Below, in pieces: positions 9,095 to 18,070 of a stretch of DNA of 64,000 nucleotides. How positions within the stretch are numbered: position 1 is the first letter of the stretch; each line of letters begins with the position of its first letter. The DNA is taken from positions 1,113 to 65,112 of the forward strand of contig CALHQW010000006.1 in the NCBI GenBank assembly GCA_938040315.1, written 5' to 3'. The notes beneath the pieces are model-generated. The model had not been told where the DNA came from. It searched no databases and saw only the letters and a program-made list of their open reading frames with translations. The stretch comes from an uncultured bacterium (GTDB lineage: Bacteria; Hydrothermota; Tepidihabitantia; Tepidihabitantales; DTDR01). Position numbers and translations under genes: made by a program.

Positions 9095-10303
9095 ATGCTT
9101 TTTATTTTTATTATTTCTTTCTATTCAAAATTGGTTATCACCGAAGTGATGGCTAATCCTAAAGGAAAGACTGGAAGATATTATCCGGAAGATAGGAATG
9201 AGTTTGTGGAAGTTTATAATGTTTCTGATGATACGCTGGATATAAGTACTTATAAAATTACTGATTTGGATGCCACTGATTCAATTGTTCCTTGGAAAGA
9301 TTCTTCAATATTGATTAAGTATCCCACATTAAAAATAAATACTACAAAAATTCCTCCTCATTCTTATTGTGTTATTCTTGATCCGGAATACACTTTTCCT
9401 GAACCCCAAGGAGGTGAAATCCAACCTTATATTTTTCCAGAAAGTTTAATAATAGTTACTGTCGGAAATACTACTATTGGCAATGAACTTCAGCAGAACG
9501 ATCCCATAATCCTCTTTTCCTCTAATGATACTTCTACTTTTGGCACACCCTTTGAAAATGATAGTTTTCCAATAAATATTAAAGATGGTTATTCTTATGA
9601 AAGAGTATCTTTTTATACTGAGGATAAAAAAGAAAATTGGTTTCCTTCCCTTTGGGAATATGGAACACCAGGAAGGGATAATAGTATTCTTTTCTTTTCT
9701 GATCCAGCAATATTAAGTTTAACTTGCAAGGAGTTTGATGAAGAGAGAAATTTTGGTATTTTTAAAATCAAAGTTTTTAATAATGGTTTTGTTAATAGTG
9801 AGAGTTTAAAAATTAAAATTTTTAATAATAGTAAATATAAAAAAGAAATCTTTTTAGATATTTTAGAACCAAAAAAGGAAAGCCTGCTTTCTTTAGCAAT
9901 TGATTCTTTTGATTTTGGATATAATAAGTTAGAAGTAAAATTATTTGCTAAAAAGGATTTTGATACCACCAATAATTATTATTATTTAGAACTATCTTTG
10001 TTTAAAAAGAATGAGTATTTTATAATTAAGCCAGAAATATTTTATAAAAACTTAGATAGAATAATAAAATTTGAATTTTCTTTGCCCGAAAAAGGAAATT
10101 TAACTTTGGAGATTTTTGATTTAAAAGGAAGATTAATTAAAAAATTTAACAAAAAAATTGATAATAAAGAATTTTTTCTTGTTTGGCAACCAATAGAAGA
10201 AAACTTAAAAAATGGTATTTATGTAGTCGTTATGCGTTATAAGTATAATGGTAAAATAATTGAAGAGAAAAAGAGTTTTATAGTTAGTTATGGAGGAGAT
10301 TAA
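9095..10303 (+). CDS. Secreted lamin-tail-domain (LTD) protein with a T9SS C-terminal sorting domain
   Basis: N-terminal ITEVMANP...EFVEVYNVSD is the LTD signature. The C-terminus GRLIKKF...NGIYVVVMRY...SF is T9SS CTD-like. Central CARDB-like beta-sandwich region. Confidence 0.7.
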   Translation: MLFIFIISFYSKLVITEVMANPKGKTGRYYPEDRNEFVEVYNVSDDTLDISTYKITDLDATDSIVPWKDSSILIKYPTLKINTTKIPPHSYCVILDPEYTFPEPQGGEIQPYIFPESLIIVTVGNTTIGNELQQNDPIILFSSNDTSTFGTPFENDSFPINIKDGYSYERVSFYTEDKKENWFPSLWEYGTPGRDNSILFFSDPAILSLTCKEFDEERNFGIFKIKVFNNGFVNSESLKIKIFNNSKYKKEIFLDILEPKKESLLSLAIDSFDFGYNKLEVKLFAKKDFDTTNNYYYLELSLFKKNEYFIIKPEIFYKNLDRIIKFEFSLPEKGNLTLEIFDLKGRLIKKFNKKIDNKEFFLVWQPIEENLKNGIYVVVMRYKYNGKIIEEKKSFIVSYGGD

Positions 10304-10775
10304 ATTTCTTTGTGATTTTATGCTCGGTAAATTGGCAAAATATTTGAGGATGTTTGGTTTTGATACTAAATATGAAAAAGGAATAGATAAAATAAAAATG
10401 GAATTTATCGCTAAAACCGAAAATAGAATAATTATCACAAGAAATAGTTATTATAAAGAGAAAGAAAATTGTTTATTCTTAGAGACGGATAATCCTAAAG
10501 AGCAGTTAATCATTGTTCTTGATAAGTTTAATTTATATGAGAAAATAAAGTTAGCGACCCGTTGTTTAATTTGTAATGAGTTAGTAAAAAGAGTAGATAA
10601 AAAAGAAGTGAAGGGTAAAGTTCCTTATTATGTTTATCAGACAAAAGATGAGTTTAGTTATTGTCCAATTTGTCAGCGAATTTACTGGGCTGGAACTCAT
10701 TATAAAAATATGAAGGAGTTTTTAGAAAAAATAAAAAATGCCGGGGGCCGGAGTCGAACCGGCACGGACTTTTAA
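10290..10775 (+). CDS. Mut7-C RNase domain (DUF82/PF01927) protein with a C-terminal zinc ribbon
   Basis: N-terminal KFLCDFMLGKLAKYLRMFGFDT is the Mut7-C/DUF82 signature. C-terminal CLICN...CPICQ. The last roughly 12 codons read across tRNA-Leu on the opposite strand, with no earlier stop. Confidence 0.6.
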   Translation: MEEIKFLCDFMLGKLAKYLRMFGFDTKYEKGIDKIKMEFIAKTENRIIITRNSYYKEKENCLFLETDNPKEQLIIVLDKFNLYEKIKLATRCLICNELVKRVDKKEVKGKVPYYVYQTKDEFSYCPICQRIYWAGTHYKNMKEFLEKIKNAGGRSRTGTDF

Positions 10776-10826
10776 TAGTCCAGCGGATTTTAAGTCCGCT
10801 GCGTCTTCCAATTCCGCCACCCCGGC
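10739..10826 (-). tRNA. tRNA-Leu (anticodon UAA) with a long variable arm, about 88 nt
   Basis: Manual fold: acceptor GCCGGGG/CCCCGGC, D-arm GCG..CGC, anticodon stem GCGGA/TCCGC with loop CTTAAAA (anticodon TAA), long variable arm GGACT-ATTAAA-AGTCC, T-arm GCCGG-TTCGACT-CCGGC, discriminator A. No encoded CCA. Confidence 0.85.
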
Positions 10827-10868
10827 GTTTGAATTAATAATAATGAATTTGAAAGAAAAGTCAAGAAG

Positions 10869-11741
10869 ATGAGAATCGGTATTCCAAGAGGCCTTTATTA
10901 CTATTATTATCAAGACTTCTTAATTGAATTTTTTAAAAATCTAAAAGAAGAGATTGTTTTATCACCAGAAACAAATCAAAAAATTATTGAGGAAGGTTCA
11001 AAACTGGCTCCTTCTGAGATTTGTCTACCAGTAAAAGCATTTTTTGGACACATAAAATATTTGCTTGATAAATGTGATTATCTTTTTTTGATAAGATTTG
11101 TAAAAAAATATGTTAATAAATTTCCTTTATTCGGTTGTCCTAAATTTATCGGTTTGCCCGATTTAATTAAAGTAAATTTCAATAACCCTCCTATATTAGA
11201 ATTGGTAATTGATGAAGATAAAGAAAAAGAAGAAGAAAGCTATCTTTCCCTTTTTTCCAAGTTTAACCTTTCTAAAAAGGAGATTAAAGAGGCATATGAA
11301 AAAGCAAAGAAAAAAAATGTGATAAATAATAAATATATTAAAGATGCTGAAATTTTGGTTATTGGTCATCCTTATGTTCTGTTTGATAAAAGATTAAGTT
11401 TGGATTTGTTAAATATTTTGAATAAAAGGAAAATTAAATATATTACCAGTTTCCAATTTTATGAAAAGGGTTTTGATTTTGAGAAAGAAAAAGAATATTG
11501 CTGGTATTTTCATCGCCACCTATTATTTTCCAGTTATTGGGCAAAAGAGAACAATATTTCTGGTATAATTATTATTAGTAATTTTCCTTGCGGAACTTCA
11601 CCAGTTATTAATCAACGAATAAAATATATTTGTCAAGATATTAATATTTTAGAATTAATTATTGATGAACATACTCAAAAAGAGAGTTTTTTAACCCGTT
11701 TAGAATCTTTTTGGGATATGATTAAAATAAAAAAGAAATGA
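10869..11741 (+). CDS. DUF2229 (CoA-substrate-specific enzyme activase, uncharacterised domain) protein
   Basis: N-terminal MRIGIPRGLYYYYY is the hallmark of the DUF2229 N-terminus. Overlaps the next gene by 4 nt. Confidence 0.6.
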   Translation: MRIGIPRGLYYYYYQDFLIEFFKNLKEEIVLSPETNQKIIEEGSKLAPSEICLPVKAFFGHIKYLLDKCDYLFLIRFVKKYVNKFPLFGCPKFIGLPDLIKVNFNNPPILELVIDEDKEKEEESYLSLFSKFNLSKKEIKEAYEKAKKKNVINNKYIKDAEILVIGHPYVLFDKRLSLDLLNILNKRKIKYITSFQFYEKGFDFEKEKEYCWYFHRHLLFSSYWAKENNISGIIIISNFPCGTSPVINQRIKYICQDINILELIIDEHTQKESFLTRLESFWDMIKIKKK

Positions 11742-12814
11742 AAGCAACTTTTCCTTATATGGGCAATATTTATATTCCCTTATCCACTTTATTAAAAAAT
11801 TTAGATATTGAACCAGTTATTCCGCCACCGCCTGATAAAGAGACTTTAAGTTTGGGCACAAAATATTCACCAGAATTAATGTGTATTCCTTTTAAATTGA
11901 CTCTTGGTAATTTAATTAAAGCATTAGAAATGGGTGCTGATACAATTATTCATTGTAGTGGTTTTTGGTCTTGTCGTTATGGTTATTATCCCTATCTCCA
12001 TCATCAAATTTTAAAAGAAAGGGGTTATAAATTTGAGTATATTATTTTAAAAAAAGAAGAATGGCAAAATATTTATTTTATTTTAAAGAAAATTTATAAG
12101 AAGGATTATAAGGTTATTAACAAATTTATTAAAGCAATAATAAAAACTTATTATAAATCAAAAATTATGGAAGAATTGGAAAGAAAAGCAATGGAGATAA
12201 GACCAAAGGAAAAGAAAAAAGGAATAACTACTAAAGTTTTAAATAAATATTTAAAAAAACTCTATGAAGAGGATAATATTTTTAAAATGGAAAAAATTAA
12301 AAAAAGGGGAATAGAGGAGTTAGCAAATTTAACTGATAAGAAGAAAGAGAATTCTTTTATTCCCAAAATAAAGATTGTTGGCGAAGCCTTTTGTGTTGTT
12401 GAGCCTTATGTTAATTTTCGAATTATTGAGAAACTGGGTGAATTAGGATTTCATGCTGATCCATTTTTAACTGCTCATTCTTGGCTCGGTTTTCATTCAA
12501 TAAGATTAGGAAATAATATTTATAAAAAAGTTAGGGAATTGGCAAAAGAATATTGGCAATATAATGTTGGCGGTGAAGATACCAATACAATTGGTCATAG
12601 TTTATTAGCAATAAAAGAGGGTTATATGGGTATTATCCATCTTCATCCTTTTGGTTGTATGCCTCAGACAATGGCAAGCGGAATTTTAGAAAAAATAAGT
12701 AAAGAATATAATATCCCAATATTAGATATTTCTTTGGACGAGCATACCGCCGAGAATCTAATTGATACGAGACTATCCGCTTTTTGCGAAATTATAAAAA
12801 AACGAATTGAATAA
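11738..12814 (+). CDS. Acyl-CoA dehydratase activase-related protein, second half of the unit (2-hydroxyglutaryl-CoA dehydratase D-component-like)
   Basis: MKATFPYMGNIYIPLSTLL...CSGFWSCRYGYY resembles the C-terminal portion of large CoA-substrate-specific enzyme activase proteins. Translationally coupled to the preceding DUF2229 gene. Confidence 0.5.
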   Translation: MKATFPYMGNIYIPLSTLLKNLDIEPVIPPPPDKETLSLGTKYSPELMCIPFKLTLGNLIKALEMGADTIIHCSGFWSCRYGYYPYLHHQILKERGYKFEYIILKKEEWQNIYFILKKIYKKDYKVINKFIKAIIKTYYKSKIMEELERKAMEIRPKEKKKGITTKVLNKYLKKLYEEDNIFKMEKIKKRGIEELANLTDKKKENSFIPKIKIVGEAFCVVEPYVNFRIIEKLGELGFHADPFLTAHSWLGFHSIRLGNNIYKKVRELAKEYWQYNVGGEDTNTIGHSLLAIKEGYMGIIHLHPFGCMPQTMASGILEKISKEYNIPILDISLDEHTAENLIDTRLSAFCEIIKKRIE

Positions 12815-12826
12815 GTAAGTTTCTTA

Positions 12827-12855
12827 TTGACTTTTATTTTGTAAATTTATATAAT
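12827..12855 (+). promoter_or_regulatory. Sigma70 consensus promoter TTGACT -17- TATAAT for the Kelch gene (31-nt leader with a GGAGG SD)
   Basis: TTGACT at 12827-12832, TATAAT at 12850-12855, GGAGG at 12876-12880, ATG at 12887. Confidence 0.55.
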
Positions 12856-12886
12856 TTAAAGTTAATGTTTAAAATGGAGGTAAAAG

Positions 12887-15172
12887 ATGAAAAAAATACT
12901 TATATTTTTTGTAATTTTTTTATTTTCTTTTCTATTCGCAAATAATCCTTCCTTTACTCCTCCTTCCCAAATTGTTGATGACCGAATTCCAGAAGCAATT
13001 AACTTAATGGCACCTTCTTTATTAGGACCTTTAAATCTACCCCAGGAAATAAGGTGGCAAATAATTGATTCTTCACCGCCACCTGGTCGTTATTGGTGTC
13101 CGGCAACTGGTGTTGTAAGAGATACTATTTACTTTTTAGGTGGAAGGGCTAATGGTGGTTATGCCAATTCAGTTCGTTCAATTTACGCTTACGTGCCAAG
13201 TACTAATACCTGGATTACTACTGGTTTGCCAACATTATTAAGAACAAGAAGAGCAGGTGCTGGTGGTGTAATTGGTAATAAAATATATGTCGCCGGTGGA
13301 AGAGATTCGACTCATACAACCTTAAATACTTGTGAAGAATTTGATGTAGATACAAAGATAGTTACTCAAAAGGCAAATATGCCAAGTGGCAGATGGGCTT
13401 GTTGTGGTGCGGTAGCAAATGGTAAACTTTATGTTATTGGTGATGAGAATAGAACCGGAACTACTTATGAATATGACCCAGTTCAAAATACCTGGACAAC
13501 AAAAGCCAGTTTACCGGTCGGTAGAGGATGGGCAGCAGCCGCTGGTGCTGGTGGCAAAATTTATGTTTTTGGTGGCTCTGATGCTTCTGGTAATACTCTT
13601 AGTGATTGTTGGGAATATGACCCAGTTCAAAATACTTGGACCCAAAAGGCAAATATGCCGGGACCAAGAATTTATCATAGTGCTGTGAGTTATTATGATA
13701 CAGTGATTTATGTTATTGGTGGTTCAGTTACTGGTAGTTCAAATGCTGATAACCTTGTCTATAAATATCATATTGCAACTAATACTTGGACACAAGAAAC
13801 ACCAATGAATATTCCGAGAGGTTGGTTAATGACGAATGTTTGGAATGGAAAAATTTATGCTACCTATGGTTCTAATACTACCACTCCTACTTATTTAAAA
13901 GCCAATGAGGAAGGAAGTTTTATACCGCCGGCGCCAACCGATGTTGGCATTTCAGCAATAAGAAATCCATCAGCAATTGTTGACCCAAATAGTAATATTA
14001 CTCCGCTTGCGGTGGTGAAAAATTTCGGCACCTCTCCACAATCTAATATTCCTATTTATTGTTGGATTGATTCAAGTAATGTGAGAATTTATAATCAGAA
14101 TATAAACTTTCCTGGTCCACTAAATCCGGGCGAAACTGCGCAAGTTTCTTTTCCTAATTGGCTTACTGGTCCAGCAGGTACTAATTATCAAATTACTATT
14201 TTTACCGCATTAGAAAATGATACTAATAGAATAAATGATACGGTGAAAGGAATTACTACTACTTTTTTAGTAAGGGATACTTTAATTGCTCCTTTTGCTC
14301 GGGTAATACCAAATGTTGACGGTAATATTGAAGAATCTGAATGGTACGATGCGTTAAAATGGGATATTTCCGATGTTTTAAATATGCAAGGTAGTGGTGC
14401 CCGTCCTGCTGGTAGTGTTTTTCTTTATGTAAAGCACGATTCTAATAATGTCTATTGGGCACTTGACTTTGTAGCAAAAACTACACGAGATAACTATGAT
14501 CAATTTGGCTGTTATTTAGATGAAAATTACAGCCGGACATGGGCAACCGATTCTTCAGAAGGCAATCATTGGTTTGTGTGGTTAAATCAAGATACAGTTG
14601 TTTATCGTGCTTTAATTGGGCCAGGAAATCTTCCAAGTGGTTATTGGGCAAGATGGGTAAGTGGAAATGGTATTTCTCGAGCAAATACCGTTTCTGGTCA
14701 TCTTCAATTTGAGGCAGTTGTGGCAAAAGGAACACAAAAATGGAATTATAATATCAATCAGACTTCAGACACAGTTGGTTTTTACGTTTATGCCGCCGCC
14801 GCTCCGGGTACTGTGATGTGGGGAACTTGGCCAACAACAATGCCCGGTAGTAATTGGAATAACGCTGCTACTTATGGAACTTTGATCTTTAGTGATTTAC
14901 CTTCTGGTGTAAATGAAGAAAAAACAATTATCTTAAAAGAAATAAAGAAGAATAACATACTAAGAATTCCGCTTTTGGTAAAGAATGTAAGAAGTCTATC
15001 TCTCTATGATGTGAGCGGTAAGTTGATAGTAAATCTAAATAACTCTAACGAAAAAAATCTGTATTGGAACGGAAAAGATATGAATGGCAAACTTGTTCCC
15101 AATGGTATCTATTTCTTAAAGATAAAAACTGAGGAAAGCGAAATTACTACTAAGGCAATAATTCTTAAATAA
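12887..15172 (+). CDS. Secreted Kelch-repeat beta-propeller protein with CARDB-like domain(s) and a T9SS C-terminal sorting domain
   Basis: Signal peptide. Repeated GG...W...(A/G)GG...IYV.GG Kelch blades. C-terminal SLSLYDVSGKLIV...NGIYFLKIKT...KAIILK is a T9SS CTD. Confidence 0.75.
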   Translation: MKKILIFFVIFLFSFLFANNPSFTPPSQIVDDRIPEAINLMAPSLLGPLNLPQEIRWQIIDSSPPPGRYWCPATGVVRDTIYFLGGRANGGYANSVRSIYAYVPSTNTWITTGLPTLLRTRRAGAGGVIGNKIYVAGGRDSTHTTLNTCEEFDVDTKIVTQKANMPSGRWACCGAVANGKLYVIGDENRTGTTYEYDPVQNTWTTKASLPVGRGWAAAAGAGGKIYVFGGSDASGNTLSDCWEYDPVQNTWTQKANMPGPRIYHSAVSYYDTVIYVIGGSVTGSSNADNLVYKYHIATNTWTQETPMNIPRGWLMTNVWNGKIYATYGSNTTTPTYLKANEEGSFIPPAPTDVGISAIRNPSAIVDPNSNITPLAVVKNFGTSPQSNIPIYCWIDSSNVRIYNQNINFPGPLNPGETAQVSFPNWLTGPAGTNYQITIFTALENDTNRINDTVKGITTTFLVRDTLIAPFARVIPNVDGNIEESEWYDALKWDISDVLNMQGSGARPAGSVFLYVKHDSNNVYWALDFVAKTTRDNYDQFGCYLDENYSRTWATDSSEGNHWFVWLNQDTVVYRALIGPGNLPSGYWARWVSGNGISRANTVSGHLQFEAVVAKGTQKWNYNINQTSDTVGFYVYAAAAPGTVMWGTWPTTMPGSNWNNAATYGTLIFSDLPSGVNEEKTIILKEIKKNNILRIPLLVKNVRSLSLYDVSGKLIVNLNNSNEKNLYWNGKDMNGKLVPNGIYFLKIKTEESEITTKAIILK

Positions 15173-15194
15173 TAATAAAACTATAAAATATAAA

Positions 15195-15230
15195 GAGAAA
15201 GCGGAAGTCTTTCTCCCGCCTTTTATTTTT
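15195..15230 (+). terminator. Putative rho-independent terminator after the Kelch gene (GAGAAAG-loop-CTTTCTC / GCGG..CCGC followed by TTTTATTTTT)
   Basis: Inverted repeat and T-tract read from the sequence. Confidence 0.45.
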
Positions 15231-15347
15231 ATACTATTATCGGAAACTGTATAAGAAACGGTTATAGGGTTATCCCTATACCCTAAAAACTTCTTAATTT
15301 ATGAGCACCAATAAATATATCCCTTTCTCCTATTATTAATTATCTTA

Positions 15348-15375
15348 TTGATTTTTATTATTAATATTGTATAAT
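15348..15375 (+). promoter_or_regulatory. Promoter TTGATT -16- TGTATAAT (extended -10) for the 15411 gene
   Basis: Read from the sequence. A GGGAGG SD lies 7 nt before the ATG. Confidence 0.45.
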
Positions 15376-15410
15376 AATAAAGTTATGAAAAAATATAAAG
15401 GGAGGTTATT

Positions 15411-17123
15411 ATGAAAAAATATTTATTAATCTCTTTTTTATTTTTATCATTAATCTTTGCTAACGAAAGAGAAGTTTCTTATATTGAAAATTTCGCAATT
15501 CCCTGTCCTATTTTTAAGCCAGAGATTGTTCCTTTGCCGTCGGGTAATCAAGATTCTCCTGATTATGATACCTTGATTTACGATGAGAATCTTCGGGCAA
15601 CTGCTTGGGCTTGGAATGCTCGTGGTAATGGTTGGGGAATGAAATTTATATCTCCTGCTCCTAATATTCGTTTATATGGTGCTTTAGTAATGCTGTGGGA
15701 TACTACTTGGCCTGTTCCCGGTGGCAGAAGATTTTTAGTTAGAGTTTTAAAAGATGATGGTCCTAATGGCGCACCAGGAACCATTGTTTATGAATCAGAT
15801 ACTATTTTAGGAACTCGTGGTACTTGGAATTTTGTTTTAATTGATACACCGATCGTTAATAGTAATTTCTATATCTTTTATATTCAACCCGATTCTTATC
15901 CTCTTTGTCCGGGTTTATGTATTGACGGCAATAGCAATGCTCCGGATAATGTCTTATGGCAATATTTGGCAGGAAGTTATTCCATTGATAAAAGAAGAGG
16001 AGAATGGATGATAAGGGCAATAATTGATTGGACACCACAAAATAATAACTTGATGACAACTGTTTTTGGTGGAATGCCCTTTGATACTGTTCCAAGAATT
16101 AATCTCACTTTAAGAGCAACAGTAAGAAATATCGGAACCCAGACAATTCCCAGCGGTGTGCCGGTGAAGTTAAGAATTGTTGGTCCCCAAGGTTATATTT
16201 ATGAAGATATTGATCAGGCAACCACAACTAATTTAAATAGAAGACAATCCCAAACAATTACTTTCACTCCTGCCTGGCGTATTCCTGATACCAGCGGAAC
16301 CTATCAAATAATTGTTTGGCATGAATTTAGAGATGATGAATATCCTTTTAATGATACAATTAAAAGAAGTTTAGGAGTTGCCACTTGGATTACCTATGCT
16401 AATTGGAATAATCCTGCTTACCTTACTTGGGGAGGTCCGCAAAGGGCAACAAGATTTAATCCAGCAGATTTTCGTTTAACTTACCCCTTTGAGATTACCC
16501 GATTAAAACATCAATTCTATTGGCATCAGCAATATCCCTGGCCAGATAGCATTTTCCAATTTAGAATTTATGCTGATGATGGTCAAACTTTGTTATATGA
16601 ATCAGATACTATTCGTGCGGTTTCTTATCCATTACATATTGAACATCCGGTTGAACCACCGGTTAGAATAAATTCTGGAACATTTTATGTAGCAGTGATG
16701 CCGAGAAGTTATTCTGGTCATCCTTCAACATTAGCAGACAACCAACCCTTAGGAAAATCTTTTTATGGTAGTCCAGGTAGTTGGGTATCTTGGACATATG
16801 GTGAATATTTTAATGCGGTTTCAGTGAGGCAACTGGCAGTGATTGAAGAAGTTGATAACTATCCAGTAGAATTTGATGTTACCGAAATTACCAATCCAAA
16901 GAAAGAAATAAGGATTAAATGGCAAATTCCAAAAGGCATGTGGGTAAAAATTAGTTTAAACGATGTTGCTGGTAAGAGAGTAAAATATTTTTATAAGACT
17001 GCGGAAAATACTGCTCAAAAGGGAGTAATCACATTAGATAATAATACTTTACCAAAAGGTGTTTATCTTCTCCACTTTGAAACATCAACTTATAAGAAGA
17101 TAAGGAAAATAGTTCTTTTTTAA
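15411..17123 (+). CDS. Secreted hypothetical protein with a CARDB-like domain and a T9SS C-terminal sorting domain
   Basis: Signal peptide MKKYLLISFLFLSLIFA. C-terminal VKISLNDVAGKRV...KGVYLLHFET...IVLF is a T9SS CTD. Confidence 0.6.
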   Translation: MKKYLLISFLFLSLIFANEREVSYIENFAIPCPIFKPEIVPLPSGNQDSPDYDTLIYDENLRATAWAWNARGNGWGMKFISPAPNIRLYGALVMLWDTTWPVPGGRRFLVRVLKDDGPNGAPGTIVYESDTILGTRGTWNFVLIDTPIVNSNFYIFYIQPDSYPLCPGLCIDGNSNAPDNVLWQYLAGSYSIDKRRGEWMIRAIIDWTPQNNNLMTTVFGGMPFDTVPRINLTLRATVRNIGTQTIPSGVPVKLRIVGPQGYIYEDIDQATTTNLNRRQSQTITFTPAWRIPDTSGTYQIIVWHEFRDDEYPFNDTIKRSLGVATWITYANWNNPAYLTWGGPQRATRFNPADFRLTYPFEITRLKHQFYWHQQYPWPDSIFQFRIYADDGQTLLYESDTIRAVSYPLHIEHPVEPPVRINSGTFYVAVMPRSYSGHPSTLADNQPLGKSFYGSPGSWVSWTYGEYFNAVSVRQLAVIEEVDNYPVEFDVTEITNPKKEIRIKWQIPKGMWVKISLNDVAGKRVKYFYKTAENTAQKGVITLDNNTLPKGVYLLHFETSTYKKIRKIVLF

Positions 17124-17146
17124 TTTAATTAACTATTAAAAGGATA

Positions 17147-17184
17147 GAGGAGAGGCTTAAAAATCGCCTCTCCTCTTTATTTTT
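17147..17184. terminator. Bidirectional rho-independent terminator: perfect 10-bp stem GAGGAGAGGC/GCCTCTCCTC flanked by T-runs, between convergent genes
   Basis: Read from the sequence at 17147-17175, with TTTATTTTT downstream. Confidence 0.7.
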
Positions 17185-18070
17185 AAAATCCTCGATATAA
17201 TCCAAGTTTTTTAGCATAATTGATAACCTCTTCGTATTCTTCCTTTTTAATTCTTCTATTTAATTCTAAATAATGATTTGCTAAATAACAGGGTCGGTAC
17301 TGAAGCATTATATTCACATAAGAATCTTTAGAAATTTCCTTTACAATAAAATCTGAGATTTCAAAAGACCCAGCAATTTTATTTGGCAAAACTAAATGTC
17401 TTATCAATAAACCGCAGTAGGCAATACCATTAACAATTTTTAAATCACCCACTTGGCGATACATTTCTTTTATTGCCTCTTTATTAATTTCTGAATATTT
17501 TTTGGCCTTTGAATATTTTAAACCATATTCGTTATTGCTATATTTCATATCAGGCATATAAATATCAATTATTCCTTCTAAAATTCTTAAAATCTCTACT
17601 TTATCATAACCACCGGAATTATACACAATTGGTAATTTAAGTCCCTTTTCCTTGGCAATAATTAGGGCTTCTAAAATTTGGAAAATTACATGGGTAGGAC
17701 TTACTAAGTTAATATTATGACAGCCCATCCTTTGTAATCTTAACATCATTTCTGCCAGTTCTTCCGGTTTTACTTCCCTTCCTTCTACATATTGGCTAAT
17801 TTCATAATTCTGACAATAGACACAATGGAGATTACAGCCCGAAAAGAAAATCGTTCCTGAACCATTTTCACCAACCAACTCTCTTTCCTCACCAAAATGG
17901 GGTCCAAAACTACTCACAATTGCGTATCGACCAATTTGGCAATCTCCTTTTTCATTATTTAATCTTAAAACATTACATTCTCTGGGACAGATTCTACAAG
18001 GAGAAAAAAATTTTTCTAACTTCTTTAATCTTTCTTCTAAATTAATTTTCAAAAATTTTGGTTGGTACAT
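17183..18070 (-). CDS. Radical SAM protein, PflX-like (pyruvate formate-lyase activating enzyme homologue)
   Basis: CNLHCVYCQN matches the Cx3Cx2C motif. Length and overall similarity fit the COG1313 family. Confidence 0.65.
   Translation of the reverse strand: MYQPKFLKINLEERLKKLEKFFSPCRICPRECNVLRLNNEKGDCQIGRYAIVSSFGPHFGEERELVGENGSGTIFFSGCNLHCVYCQNYEISQYVEGREVKPEELAEMMLRLQRMGCHNINLVSPTHVIFQILEALIIAKEKGLKLPIVYNSGGYDKVEILRILEGIIDIYMPDMKYSNNEYGLKYSKAKKYSEINKEAIKEMYRQVGDLKIVNGIAYCGLLIRHLVLPNKIAGSFEISDFIVKEISKDSYVNIMLQYRPCYLANHYLELNRRIKKEEYEEVINYAKKLGLYRGF

Noticed and set aside
10722-10913. 63-aa minus-strand ORF
   Set aside because: It runs through tRNA-Leu and the intergenic region. It is an antisense artefact.
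8989-17123. Integrated mobile element or genomic island at tRNA-Leu
   Set aside because: No integrase, recombinase or transposase genes, no direct repeat of the tRNA 3' end, and no phage genes. There is only a suggestive accessory gene content.
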